This document shows positions 8,613 to 17,760 of a stretch of 64,000 nt of DNA, piece by piece. Position numbers and translations under genes: made by a program. Numbering within the stretch: position 1 is the first letter of the stretch; each line of letters begins with the position of its first letter. The DNA is from Candidatus Binatia bacterium (GTDB lineage Bacteria; Desulfobacterota; Binatia; HRBIN30), in assembly GCA_038245295.1 (NCBI GenBank), contig JBBRSP010000022.1:1-64000 (forward strand), given 5' to 3'. The notes beneath the pieces were generated by a model. The model did not search any database, was not told the DNA's origin, and saw nothing but the letters and a program-made list of their open reading frames with translations.

Positions 8613-10928
8613 TTGCGGTTGAGTGAATCCAGCTTGCAGTGGGATCCGAACGGGCGTCTAGCCCGCCTCTTTCGCACCATCATCGCGGCGCGTTGGTGGG
8701 TTGTGCTCATCTACGCCTGCTTGCTGCCGCCCGCCGCGTTTCTGTCGATGCGGGTTGGCCAAGACAACTCGATCGATCGGCTGATCGTCCCGACCGACCC
8801 CGACTACATCGCCACCAAACAGTTTGAACAGGTGTTCGGCGGCGGCGAGTTCGCCGTCCTCTTGATCGAGGCCGATGATCCGTTGGCGCAGCCGGTTGTC
8901 GCCACTCTCGATCGCATCGAACGCGGCCTGGCCTCCGTCAAGGGTATCGAGGTGAACTCGGCCCTCAGCATGTTTCGTCGCGGCAAGGGCGGCTTCGAGC
9001 CCAGCGTCGAACAGGTCGACGCGTTTCGCGCCTTCGCCCGCGGCACCACCCTCCTGAAGGAGCAAGGCCTGGTCCTGGATCACTTCCTCGGCGTGGCATT
9101 GATTCTCGACGTCGCGGCGCCGGAGCAACGCCAGGCGGCGCTGCAGCAGATCGATGCGGCGATCGCCGCGGCGCGGCAACCAGGGGATGGCGTCATCGGC
9201 GTGCATCCTCTCGGCTTGCCGTACGTCAACGCCTATCTCGATGAATCACAACGTTCGACGCCACGTTATTTCATTTCGTTCGTCGTTTTCGTCATTTTCC
9301 TCAACCTTGCTCTCTATCGCTCGTGGCGCACGTTGGTGGCCTTCCTGGTGACCCTCGGTGTCTGTCTCGCCTTGTCGGTTGGATACATCGGCTTGACCGG
9401 CGGCACCTTCACCTTGGTCTCGCCGATGGTGCCGATGACGATCCTGGTGACGGCGACGGCAACGCTTGTCTACCTGCATTCACGCTACGCCGAGCGCCTG
9501 CCGCAATTCGACGCGCCGACGCATCACGTCTTCGCGCTAGTGAACAAGTTTGTCGCCTGCACGGCGTCGGTATTCGCCACCGGCATCGGTTTCGCGGCGC
9601 TGGCGATTTCACCGATTCGGCCGGTGCACGAAATGGGCATCTGGGTGGCGGTTGGGCTCCTACTGACGTGGGTGACGATCATCACGCTGTTCCCGGCGTT
9701 GCAGAGCATCCTGAAGGCGCCGATGCACCTGGCCGACCCATTACGCCAGAAGGCCGACAACGAAGGCCTGGCCGCCATGTTACCGCGCTGGAGTTATCGC
9801 TGGCGCTGGCCGCTCGTCGGAACAGCCATTGGGCTGTCGGTGTGTGGGGTGGTGGCGATCTTCGGCTTTCCCGGCGTGATCGCGCCGATGCGCTTGCTGA
9901 CCGATCCGATCGAATATCTGCGCCACGACTCGCAACTCTATCTCGACATCGAGCGCTTCACGCCGGTCATCCCCGGCACGTCCATTTCCCAAGTGTGGAT
10001 TCAGGGTGGTGTCGGCAGCATGGCGGAGCCGGACGTTCTGGTCGGCCTGCACGCCTTCCAGCAAGCTCTCGAGCACGAACCCGGCGTGGGCTCGGCGGTG
10101 GGTCCGACAACGGTCCTGCGCATGATGCGCTACCTCGGCGGCGAGGGAGATGCCTGGCCAACCGATCCGGATACCTTGGAAGGCATGGCGGCAACGCTGG
10201 AAGAGTTGGTGCCGCGCGAGCCGACGCTGCAACGGTTCGTGCAACGCCACGGGCTTGGGCAGGCGCAGATCACGGTGATCACGCGAGCCATCGATCACGA
10301 GGCCTTCGCGGCACTCACCGAGCGGATCACGGCGCTGTGGCAGAGGACAACGATGGAGCATCCAGCGCTGTCCGGGCTCAAGGTCCAGTCGGTCGGTCTG
10401 GCACCGTTACACGCCAAAATGGCTCAGGGGCTCGTTCCGACCTTGGTCGAGAGTTTTCTGCTCACCGCCTTCCTCATCTTCGGCACCTTCCTGGTTGTCT
10501 TCCGCAACGGCACGGCGCGTCTGATGGCGATGATTCCGTCGATCTTTGCGATTCTGGTGATGTTCTTGATCATGAGGTTGGTGGGTATGTCGCTTAACAT
10601 CGCGACGATCCTCATCGCCTCGACGGTGTTGGGAACATCGGAGAACGACCAGATCCACTTTTTCTATCACTTCCTGGAGCGTCGGCGCACGGCCGGTGTG
10701 GAGGAGTCGCTGCGCTACACGTTGCGTGTAGCGGGCCGCGCCATCTTGTACGCGACGTTGATCAACGCCGGCGGCTTCATGGCGTTTGTTTTCGCCGACT
10801 TGCCGGCGGTGCGCCAGTTCGGCGTTCTCTCGGCGTTGGCATTCACCTTGTCGATGATCGCCGACTTTACGGCGCTCCCGGCGGCACTGTGGATTCTGTG
10901 GCGCGAGAAGCCGGACTCGATTGCCTGA
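8613..10928 (+). CDS. MMPL/RND family transporter
   Basis: Two repeats of 1 TM + periplasmic loop + 5 TM; C-half GTSENDQIHF..GRAILYATLINAGGF..FG. Confidence 0.85.
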   Translation: MRLSESSLQWDPNGRLARLFRTIIAARWWVVLIYACLLPPAAFLSMRVGQDNSIDRLIVPTDPDYIATKQFEQVFGGGEFAVLLIEADDPLAQPVVATLDRIERGLASVKGIEVNSALSMFRRGKGGFEPSVEQVDAFRAFARGTTLLKEQGLVLDHFLGVALILDVAAPEQRQAALQQIDAAIAAARQPGDGVIGVHPLGLPYVNAYLDESQRSTPRYFISFVVFVIFLNLALYRSWRTLVAFLVTLGVCLALSVGYIGLTGGTFTLVSPMVPMTILVTATATLVYLHSRYAERLPQFDAPTHHVFALVNKFVACTASVFATGIGFAALAISPIRPVHEMGIWVAVGLLLTWVTIITLFPALQSILKAPMHLADPLRQKADNEGLAAMLPRWSYRWRWPLVGTAIGLSVCGVVAIFGFPGVIAPMRLLTDPIEYLRHDSQLYLDIERFTPVIPGTSISQVWIQGGVGSMAEPDVLVGLHAFQQALEHEPGVGSAVGPTTVLRMMRYLGGEGDAWPTDPDTLEGMAATLEELVPREPTLQRFVQRHGLGQAQITVITRAIDHEAFAALTERITALWQRTTMEHPALSGLKVQSVGLAPLHAKMAQGLVPTLVESFLLTAFLIFGTFLVVFRNGTARLMAMIPSIFAILVMFLIMRLVGMSLNIATILIASTVLGTSENDQIHFFYHFLERRRTAGVEESLRYTLRVAGRAILYATLINAGGFMAFVFADLPAVRQFGVLSALAFTLSMIADFTALPAALWILWREKPDSIA

Positions 10929-11043
10929 TTGGTCGGGCATCTCAACGCAGGCGGGGGGGCGCGGACGAGGGCGAACTGGGATCGCCTTGCTGAACCTTAG
11001 TACTGTTCGGCGCAGGTACGGCGACGTATCCGCAACCGCCCTC

Positions 11044-11160
11044 CGCAGGCTAAAGCCTGCGCCTACCGATCCGCTTTAGGGTCCGTACTCAGTCTGGTAG
11101 GCGCAGGCTTCAGCCTGCGGCGCGTGAGCCCAGTCTGCTAGGCGCAGGCTTCAGCCTGCG
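11044..11160. repeat. GTAG-type REP cluster (inverted pair plus 41-bp tandem duplication)
   Basis: Copies at 11044-11066 (-), 11097-11119 (+) and 11138-11160 (+). Confidence 0.85.
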
Positions 11161-11224
11161 GCGCGTGAGGCCAATGCTTCCGAACAGCCGCGAAATACGT
11201 CGCCGTACTAATGAACCGGAGTAC

Positions 11225-11533
11225 TTAGCCGCGGCGGCTCGCCGGCGCGGCGATCATCTCGGCTTCTTTGTTGGTCGGGTAGAAGCGCTTGCGGGCACGT
11301 AGTTGGAAAAACAGCGTGCCGTGAATGCCGTTGATCAATTTCTTCTCGATGGGGCGCTCCCACAAGGTGCGCAGCACCTGGGTCACGCGGCGCGTGCCCA
11401 GGCGTGCAAACAGATCTTCGACAAACTCGATGTCGGTTCCAGCGGGGAAGATGACGCGGAAGTCGTCGTCGCTGGTGGAAAAGACGCTAAAAGCACAGTT
11501 CTCTGCGCCGTCGATGATTTGAATGTTCTTCAT
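11225..11533 (-). CDS. Conserved hypothetical protein (102 aa)
   Basis: Protein-like ORF MKNIQIIDGAENC..DIEF..GIHGTLF; fills the gap between repeats. Confidence 0.7.
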   Translation of the reverse strand: MKNIQIIDGAENCAFSVFSTSDDDFRVIFPAGTDIEFVEDLFARLGTRRVTQVLRTLWERPIEKKLINGIHGTLFFQLRARKRFYPTNKEAEMIAAPASRRG

Positions 11534-11667
11534 GTTGCGGGCTCGAGTCCGATTGCGAGTGTCTCACGAACCGCGGCCGTCGGCCACCCCCGCAGATCAG
11601 GCCCTCAGTGAGCTGCGCCGGTTCACACTCGCGCTAGGCTTTGGGTGGTTCGCACGCAATCCTTCGG

Positions 11668-11759
11668 GGCATTGCGAGGCAATTCGCCTTGGCGCACTCC
11701 GCAGGCTGAAGCCTGCGGTGAGCTGAGCGCGGTTGAGCGTCGAATTTGCGTGCAAAGCC
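11668..11759. mobile_element. 92-bp IS903-like MITE carrying a GTAG-REP hairpin
   Basis: Homologous to 1133-1225; flanked by aatccttcgg / aatcctcgg, a ~9-bp target duplication. Confidence 0.78.
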
Positions 11760-11806
11760 AATCCTCGGACGGCCGGATGGCCCGCGCGGAGTGGTAGACC
11801 CGAACG

Positions 11807-11842
11807 AAAAGAGGCGGTGTGCCGGAGCACACCGCCTCTTTT
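11807..11842 (-). terminator. Intrinsic terminator
   Basis: Perfect hairpin AAAAGAGGCGGTGTGC-CGGA-GCACACCGCCTCTTTT 25 bp downstream of the 11868-13259 gene. Confidence 0.8.
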
Positions 11843-11867
11843 GCTCTGATGCGATTTCGGTCGTGAC

Positions 11868-13259
11868 TTACTGGGTGATGAAGTTGTTGGTCACGACGAT
11901 GTCGCCGACGGTGTTCAGGCCGAGCGACGGGAAGGCGCCCGCCGTGTTGTACCCGGACAGATTCGGAGGCGTCGCCAACAGGTTGGCGCAGTTCGCCGGA
12001 GCTCCCGTGGAGCTATACGGCTCGCCGGTACCCGGGTCGACGATGTCGACGCCGTCCTGGCCGTTCGCATTCTTGACGATGGACGTTGCCTTGCCGGTGG
12101 TGGAAGGCAATGTCGACGGGCTGCCGCGCTCGGACAGCATGTCGTTGTCGTTGCAGAACGACGCCGGGCACGAGCCGACGTGCGTGCCGATTGCGGTGCT
12201 GTTGAGGATGAGGGCCGAGCCCGTGGGGCCGTGGCCGCTCAGCTCGATCTGTACCTTGCCTGCGATGCCACTCTCGCCGCCGGAATCCTGGGTCAAGAGG
12301 ACGTCGACATTGTTCAGGCCATCGGGTCCGCAGCTGACAAAGCCGGTAGCAGAATTGCCTGTCCCGTGAACCGCGGTGCAGGGCTTCTCGGCCGGGCAGG
12401 TCATCTGGCCGCTAAACCCAGGCGTGCAGGTCGTGCTGTTGGAGCCATCGGCTTCAAACAGGGTGCCGCCGCAGGTCTTGTACTCGACGCCGCGGACGCA
12501 GGCGCAAGCCAGGGTGCTGACCGCAATCTTCGGGTACTGCACGCTGGCTGCCTTGATGATGTAGGGGATGCGCTTCGTGGCGTCATCGGAACGCGGGTTT
12601 CCGGCGGTGATCGTCTGTGTGCCGACGAGGGCAAGCGGGATGGTCAACACGTCACCGTGCACGACGGCGCCCGAGGTGCCATCCTTGATGCCGAGGCCCA
12701 TGACAACGCCAGGCTTCAGGGTGGTCAAGATGTCACGCTCCAAAGTGCAGTTCGCAGCGCAGCCGTCGCCGCCCTGGGGCACGCACTTCTGGCAGACGCC
12801 ACCGGTGCCGCAATCGGCGGCCGTTGCGCAGGAGGTTCCCAACTTGGGGCCATCGGTGCAGACGCCGTTACCCTGGCAAGTCGCATCCGCGGTGCAAGCC
12901 GTGCCGGCGTTCGAGCCGCCGATGCAGACGCCGCCGTTGTCGCACTCTTCCGTGCCTTCCTTCACGCCGTTGCCGCAGGCAACCGGGCCGATGGGCGGGC
13001 AGTTGTCACCCAGCGCGTAATTCACCGCCGCAATGATTTCGTCGATGGTCACTTCGCCGTTGCCGTTGGCGTCGGCTGCGGTGCAACTGGAGACAGCCGC
13101 GGTGCCGAGGGCGATGTTCACCATCGAGATGATCTCGTTGACCGTCACCGTTACGCTGCCGTCGCAGTCGCCTGTACAGGCAGCGCGCGATTGCGTCGGT
13201 ACGATGGCTAGCAAAGCTGCCAGCGCCGCTACGACTCCGAACTGCATGAGCTTCTTCAT
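11868..13259 (-). CDS. Secreted Cys-rich protein with N-terminal dockerin-like domain and DUF4215-like repeat
   Basis: Signal peptide; CTGDCDGSVTVTVNEI..ADANGNGEVTIDEII; CGNG..EECDNG..GDGCAANC; GGAGA RBS. Confidence 0.85.
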   Translation of the reverse strand: MKKLMQFGVVAALAALLAIVPTQSRAACTGDCDGSVTVTVNEIISMVNIALGTAAVSSCTAADANGNGEVTIDEIIAAVNYALGDNCPPIGPVACGNGVKEGTEECDNGGVCIGGSNAGTACTADATCQGNGVCTDGPKLGTSCATAADCGTGGVCQKCVPQGGDGCAANCTLERDILTTLKPGVVMGLGIKDGTSGAVVHGDVLTIPLALVGTQTITAGNPRSDDATKRIPYIIKAASVQYPKIAVSTLACACVRGVEYKTCGGTLFEADGSNSTTCTPGFSGQMTCPAEKPCTAVHGTGNSATGFVSCGPDGLNNVDVLLTQDSGGESGIAGKVQIELSGHGPTGSALILNSTAIGTHVGSCPASFCNDNDMLSERGSPSTLPSTTGKATSIVKNANGQDGVDIVDPGTGEPYSSTGAPANCANLLATPPNLSGYNTAGAFPSLGLNTVGDIVVTNNFITQ

Positions 13260-13465
13260 CCTGATCTCCTCTCAGAGTTCCATGTCTCGCCGATACCCAC
13301 ATGGGACCGGCATCAAAACCACAGGTACGGCGACCCATCGCTGGGAAGCCGCGCCCCGACCCCTTTTCTCTCTAGACGAACCTGTTTGCTACAAACCTGC
13401 GGCAGAGGTCAAGACTGTTTCCGCGCTTTAAACGGTATTTCTTTGGATTGATTTCTGGCACCCAT

Positions 13466-14137
13466 ATGCCTGTGGCCCCATCGATCAAGCGAAAGAGACG
13501 TTCTGCCTTAGGGATGAGCATTGTCGTGGCGGCGATCGTCGGCGGCCTGATGACGGCCTTCGCCTCCACGTGGCTCTCCTTGCTCGGCACCGGCTTAACT
13601 CGCGCCGATACCCTGGTGATTCCCACCACCACCGTCGTGGTTCTCTCCGGCTCGTTCCCCGATCGCATCCTCGAAGGCGCTGATACTTTCCGCGAAGTCG
13701 GAGCGACGCGCTTGCTGTTGACGCGCGAGCCGCCGCTGCCGGGCGGCGATGTCCTGCGCCAACGTGGTGTGCCGGTTGCCGAGGGCGATGATCTCAACCG
13801 CGCCGCGGCGATTGGTCTGGGCGTGCCTGAAGCGGCGATTACCGTGCTCGATCCAGCGGTCTCCAGTACCTTTGCCGAGGCGGCCCTTGTGGTCGACTTC
13901 CTGCGGCGCAATCAGATCCACTCAGTCGTGGTCGTCACCTCGAAGAACCATTCGCGGCGCGCCGCGTGGACGTTTCAGGCGACGTGCGGTCACGACTGCG
14001 AGGTTCGCATGCGGCCGTCGCGTTACGATCCGTTCAACCCGGACGACTGGTGGCGTCACCGCGGACTGGTCCGCCGCGTCATCATCGAGTATGGCAAGTT
14101 CATGTACTTCACGCTGGTGGACCGATGGCGGCTCTGA
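13466..14137 (+). CDS. YdcF/DUF218 family protein
   Basis: VVLSG..R, STFAEA, VVTSKNHSRRA, EYGK; start uncertain (13466 or 13514). Confidence 0.85.
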   Translation: MPVAPSIKRKRRSALGMSIVVAAIVGGLMTAFASTWLSLLGTGLTRADTLVIPTTTVVVLSGSFPDRILEGADTFREVGATRLLLTREPPLPGGDVLRQRGVPVAEGDDLNRAAAIGLGVPEAAITVLDPAVSSTFAEAALVVDFLRRNQIHSVVVVTSKNHSRRAAWTFQATCGHDCEVRMRPSRYDPFNPDDWWRHRGLVRRVIIEYGKFMYFTLVDRWRL

Positions 14138-14406
14138 CCGAAGCACGCGGCGGCGGTGTAATTCCGCTGTACCTGCGCATTGCGCCGCAGGACATCGCCT
14201 ACGTCAAGTTTCTCATCGAATCCTACGAAGAGATTGGCCTGGTGCGCACCGTCGACCGCCACAAGGCGGTCATCGTGTTTCTGATCGCCGAGGATTTTCA
14301 GGCCGACGCAAGGGCGGTGGTGGACGAGGTGCTACGGACGATCGAGTGTGCGGTCCTACCGGACGCTCCGGCAGATCCCGACGACTGGCTCATGAAGGAG
14401 CTGTAG
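14125..14406 (+). CDS. DUF4911-like protein
   Basis: YLRIAPQDIAYVKFLIESYEEIGLVRTVD motif; ATG overlapping the upstream gene end. Confidence 0.75.
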   Translation: MAALTEARGGGVIPLYLRIAPQDIAYVKFLIESYEEIGLVRTVDRHKAVIVFLIAEDFQADARAVVDEVLRTIECAVLPDAPADPDDWLMKEL

Positions 14407-14420
14407 GGTTAGCGTCGGCC

Positions 14421-14530
14421 GGTTGTCCGTTCTGTGTTTTCCGTTCTCGATTGGCCGGTCTGTGGCTGCAGCGCTCGGACCAAACCGACGATGGAAAATG
14501 GAGAACCCAGAACTCAGAACCGGTCAACCG
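14421..14530. repeat. Convergent heptamer tandem repeats forming a loose inverted repeat
   Basis: gttctgt-gttttcc-gttctcg on the left and atggaaa-atggaga-acccaga-actcaga on the right, between convergent genes. Confidence 0.55.
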
Positions 14531-14535
14531 ACGGG

Positions 14536-15306
14536 TCAATCCGGCGGCGTCTCCTCCGGCGCCACCGGCGTCCGTCCGAACAGATACGCCACCAGGATGC
14601 TGAGCGCGTAGAGCACCAGCAGCGGCCCCGCCATGAGAAGCTGCGAGGCGACATCGGGACCGGGTGTCAGCACGGCCGCAACGATGAAGATGATGAGGAT
14701 CGCGTAGCGCACATAGGCGATCATCATGGTGTGCGTGAGCAGGCCGATGCGGGCCAGGAAGAATGCCAGCACCGGCATCTCGAACGTCGCCCCAAAGGCC
14801 AGCAGCATCCGCGCCGTGAAGGTGAGGTACTCGCTGATGCGCAGCTCGGGGCTGACCTGGATGGTGTCGTACTGTTCGATGAAGAACTTGTAGCCGACCG
14901 GCAGCACCATCCAGTAACAGAAGGCGGCGCCGCTGAAGAAGAACAGTGTGCCGAAGGTGACGAACGGCACGACGTAGCGTTTTTCTTTCTCGTACAGGCC
15001 GGGGGCGACGAAGCGCCAGAGTTGAAAAAGGATGACCGGCAGCGCCGCGAAGACCCCGGCGATGAGCGCAACCTTGAGCTTGGTGAAGAAGGCCTCGACG
15101 AGGCCGGTGCCGATCAGGTGAACCGGGGCGTGTGTCGGGTCGCCGGTGTTGAGCGCGAAGAGTGGTGACGCGAGGAACGCGAAGAGCTGCTCCGCGAAGG
15201 TGTAGCTGGCGGCAAAACCTATGGCGATGGCGAGCAGCGCCTTGATCAGGCGCCAACGCAATTCCTCGAGATGCGCCGTGAGAGGCAGCTTCGCGTCGAC
15301 TGTCAT
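14536..15306 (-). CDS. tatC: Twin-arginine translocase subunit TatC
   Basis: HLEELRWRL, QLWRFVAPGLY..EK, FEMPV, LTPGPD. Confidence 0.96.
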   Translation of the reverse strand: MTVDAKLPLTAHLEELRWRLIKALLAIAIGFAASYTFAEQLFAFLASPLFALNTGDPTHAPVHLIGTGLVEAFFTKLKVALIAGVFAALPVILFQLWRFVAPGLYEKEKRYVVPFVTFGTLFFFSGAAFCYWMVLPVGYKFFIEQYDTIQVSPELRISEYLTFTARMLLAFGATFEMPVLAFFLARIGLLTHTMMIAYVRYAILIIFIVAAVLTPGPDVASQLLMAGPLLVLYALSILVAYLFGRTPVAPEETPPD

Positions 15307-15321
15307 GCGCCGCGAGGCTGG

Positions 15322-15708
15322 TTAGGCCGGCTCTTCCTTGGTGTGCGTGTCCGTATGCGGAGCGACGACCGGCGCTGGCTCGACCGATGCGCCAGGGGCG
15401 ACGACCGGTGCCGGCTCGGCGGGTGCCACAGGGGCGGCAGGGGCAACGACCGGTGCCGGAGCTACCGCGGCTCGTTGAATCGTTCCCTGAACGGTCTTCA
15501 AGCGGGCGGCGCGCTCGGCGGCGCGTACTTCTTCTTCGAGCATGGTGCGGGCGTTGTTGAGCTCGTCGGTCAGCCCGCCGGTGGCGCGCCGTAACTCGGC
15601 CAGGCTCTTGCCGAGTACCTTGGCGATCTCCGGCAGACGCTTCGGACCAACAACGATCAGCGCGACAACCAAGATTACCGCAAGCTCAGAAGTTCCAATG
15701 CCAAACAT
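15322..15708 (-). CDS. tatB: Twin-arginine translocase TatB (TatA/B family)
   Basis: MFGIGTSELAVILVVALIVVGPKRLPE; directly upstream of tatC. Confidence 0.88.
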   Translation of the reverse strand: MFGIGTSELAVILVVALIVVGPKRLPEIAKVLGKSLAELRRATGGLTDELNNARTMLEEEVRAAERAARLKTVQGTIQRAAVAPAPVVAPAAPVAPAEPAPVVAPGASVEPAPVVAPHTDTHTKEEPA

Positions 15709-15782
15709 GACTCAGGCGACGCTAAAGAAATCACCTGTCGCTGTCAAACTGTCATTTCGTTTCTCGCCCCGGCACGCCACGC

Positions 15783-16033
15783 CGCAAGCTGAAGCTTGCG
15801 CCTACCCGGACGCCTTGCACGATGAATGGGTAGGCGCAGGCTTCAGCCCTCTAAAGCCTGCGCCTACCTCACGGCATCGATGCCGGGCTGTCGCGGGGTA
15901 GGCGCAAGCTTTAGCTTGCGGCGGAATGCCCATGCTGAACCGCTCTATCCGGCGCAGGCTAAAGACCTGCGCCTACCTCACCGCCTCGATGCCTGGACGT
16001 CACGGGGGCTCTAAAGCCGGCTTCAGCCTGCGG
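15783..16033. repeat. BIME-like GTAG-REP cluster (6 whole or partial copies)
   Basis: Copies at 15783, 15830, 15852, 15898, 15953 and ~16019, with repeated linker ctcacSgcMtcgatgcc. Confidence 0.85.
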
Positions 16034-17309
16034 TGATTCGAGCGTCGCGCCGCATCACCTCGCGGCGCGGCAGGAAGAACAACACGAGCACGACGCCGAA
16101 CCAGGCAAAGCCGGTGTTCCACAAATCAGCAACGCGATACGTGTGATAGAGATCGTAGAGGTAGGCGGTGAACAACGGCGCCGAGGCGGCCGCGATGTCG
16201 TAGCCGACCTTGTAGACGCCGAGAATCTTCCCAAGGTGTCGCCGCCCGAAATAGTGGATCGACAGGATCGGCATCGTCGGCAGCAGTCCGCCGTAGCCGA
16301 CACCGACGATCGCCAGGCAAGGCATGAGCAGGCCACGGTTCTCCGGCACCAGCAGCAGCAGGGGGTAGCCGCAGGCGATGAACAGAAAGTGCAACCGCAC
16401 CATCCAGCGCTTGTCGAAGCGGTCGCACAACCAACCGAAACTGACGCGCGAACAGGCGGCAATCAGGAAGAACAGTCCCTTGTAGTCGGCCGCCTCGACC
16501 GGCGCGAAGCCCATCTCCTTCAAATGCACAAGGATGTGTTTGTTGTACGAGTAACACGGCATGCCGCCGAAAAAGACGGCGCCGACGAGGACCCAGAAGT
16601 ATGGGCTGCGCAAGGCTTGCCTGAGAGTGAAGTCGCTGTCGCTACCAGTCGGCTCGGCAACGGCGTCGCCGTGACGCAGCGCTTCGAGGCCCATATCTTC
16701 GGGACGATCGCGGACCACGAGGAGGGTCACCAGTAGCGGCGGCACAAGGGCCAGCAGGCTCATCCATTGGAATGCCGTGCGCCATCCGGTGACTTCGATG
16801 ATGCGAGTCAGCAGCGGTGGCGCGATCGAGGCGCCGAGCGCGGTGGCAGCGAGGACGATACCGTTGACCAGACCGACGCGGTGGTGGAACCAGCGGGATA
16901 CGAGCACTTGATTCGGCAGGATCGTCACTGTCGACATGCCGAGACCAAGCAACACCGAGACGGCAAAGTAGCTGTTCGGGCTGTCGACGTACGAAAACAG
17001 GTACAGCGCGATCGCCTGGACGACGATGCCGACACTAAACAGGACGCGTATTGGGTAGCGATCAATGATGATGCCGGTGATCGGACTCATCATCCCCACC
17101 GTCGCAATGATCAAGGTACTGGGCGCGAACACCGTGGTGCGCGGCCACTCGGGGAAGGTGTCGATGATGTAGGGATAGACGGTGGTGATGGCGAAGATGC
17201 CAAAGCCGAGCCCGAAGAGCTCGATGACTACACAAGCGGCCAGAATGAACCAGCCGTAGTGAACGGATTTGGTAGGGGGTAGGGCGCCTGGGCTAGGGGG
17301 TTGGCTCAT
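16023..17309 (-). CDS. MFS transporter (OFA/MCT-like)
   Basis: 12 TM; motif A-like GIIIDRYPIR and GWLCDRFDKR; RWF..G; YFGRRHLG. Confidence 0.92.
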   Translation of the reverse strand: MSQPPSPGALPPTKSVHYGWFILAACVVIELFGLGFGIFAITTVYPYIIDTFPEWPRTTVFAPSTLIIATVGMMSPITGIIIDRYPIRVLFSVGIVVQAIALYLFSYVDSPNSYFAVSVLLGLGMSTVTILPNQVLVSRWFHHRVGLVNGIVLAATALGASIAPPLLTRIIEVTGWRTAFQWMSLLALVPPLLVTLLVVRDRPEDMGLEALRHGDAVAEPTGSDSDFTLRQALRSPYFWVLVGAVFFGGMPCYSYNKHILVHLKEMGFAPVEAADYKGLFFLIAACSRVSFGWLCDRFDKRWMVRLHFLFIACGYPLLLLVPENRGLLMPCLAIVGVGYGGLLPTMPILSIHYFGRRHLGKILGVYKVGYDIAAASAPLFTAYLYDLYHTYRVADLWNTGFAWFGVVLVLFFLPRREVMRRDARITAG

Positions 17310-17356
17310 GAGTTCTTCACGCCCTACGCCCGGCCCAAAACGCCTTCCCGCCCCGC

Positions 17357-17599
17357 CTATTGCTTACGCGTCACGGTATCCTTCGCGCCGTAGAGCTTCT
17401 TGATCGTGACCTTGCCGATCGGCGCGGCGTTGAGGCAGAGCTCGCACAGAGTGCATTCGTCGAGGTTCTTCTCGACGATCTGTACCCCGGCGCTGCCGAC
17501 GGCGAAGATGTTGACCGGGCAGACCTCGGTCAGCTTCTTGGCCATCTCCGCATCGTTGGCGATGGAGGAATCGACTTCGACTGCAATGAATAGTGCCAT
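17357..17599 (-). CDS. Small 4Fe-4S ferredoxin
   Basis: VCPVNIF and CTLCELC: four Cys, one cluster. Confidence 0.85.
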   Translation of the reverse strand: MALFIAVEVDSSIANDAEMAKKLTEVCPVNIFAVGSAGVQIVEKNLDECTLCELCLNAAPIGKVTIKKLYGAKDTVTRKQ

Positions 17600-17633
17600 C
17601 CCTACACTCCTTGGCGCGTCAAGCGCCAGGTCC

Positions 17634-17714
17634 CGTCATTCCGGCGGAAGCCGGAATCTCCCAAGCAGCTCTGCATTTCCACTCGGGGAGATCCCGGCTT
17701 TTGCCGGGATGACG
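17634..17714. repeat. Uninterrupted CGTC-type REP doublet
   Basis: CGTCATTCCGGCGGAAGCCGGAATC ... GATCCCGGCTTTTGCCGGGATGACG. Confidence 0.88.
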
Positions 17715-17760
17715 TTGACTGTTCTGGTTCTGTTTCCGACACGGAGAAGCCTCGCCGACG

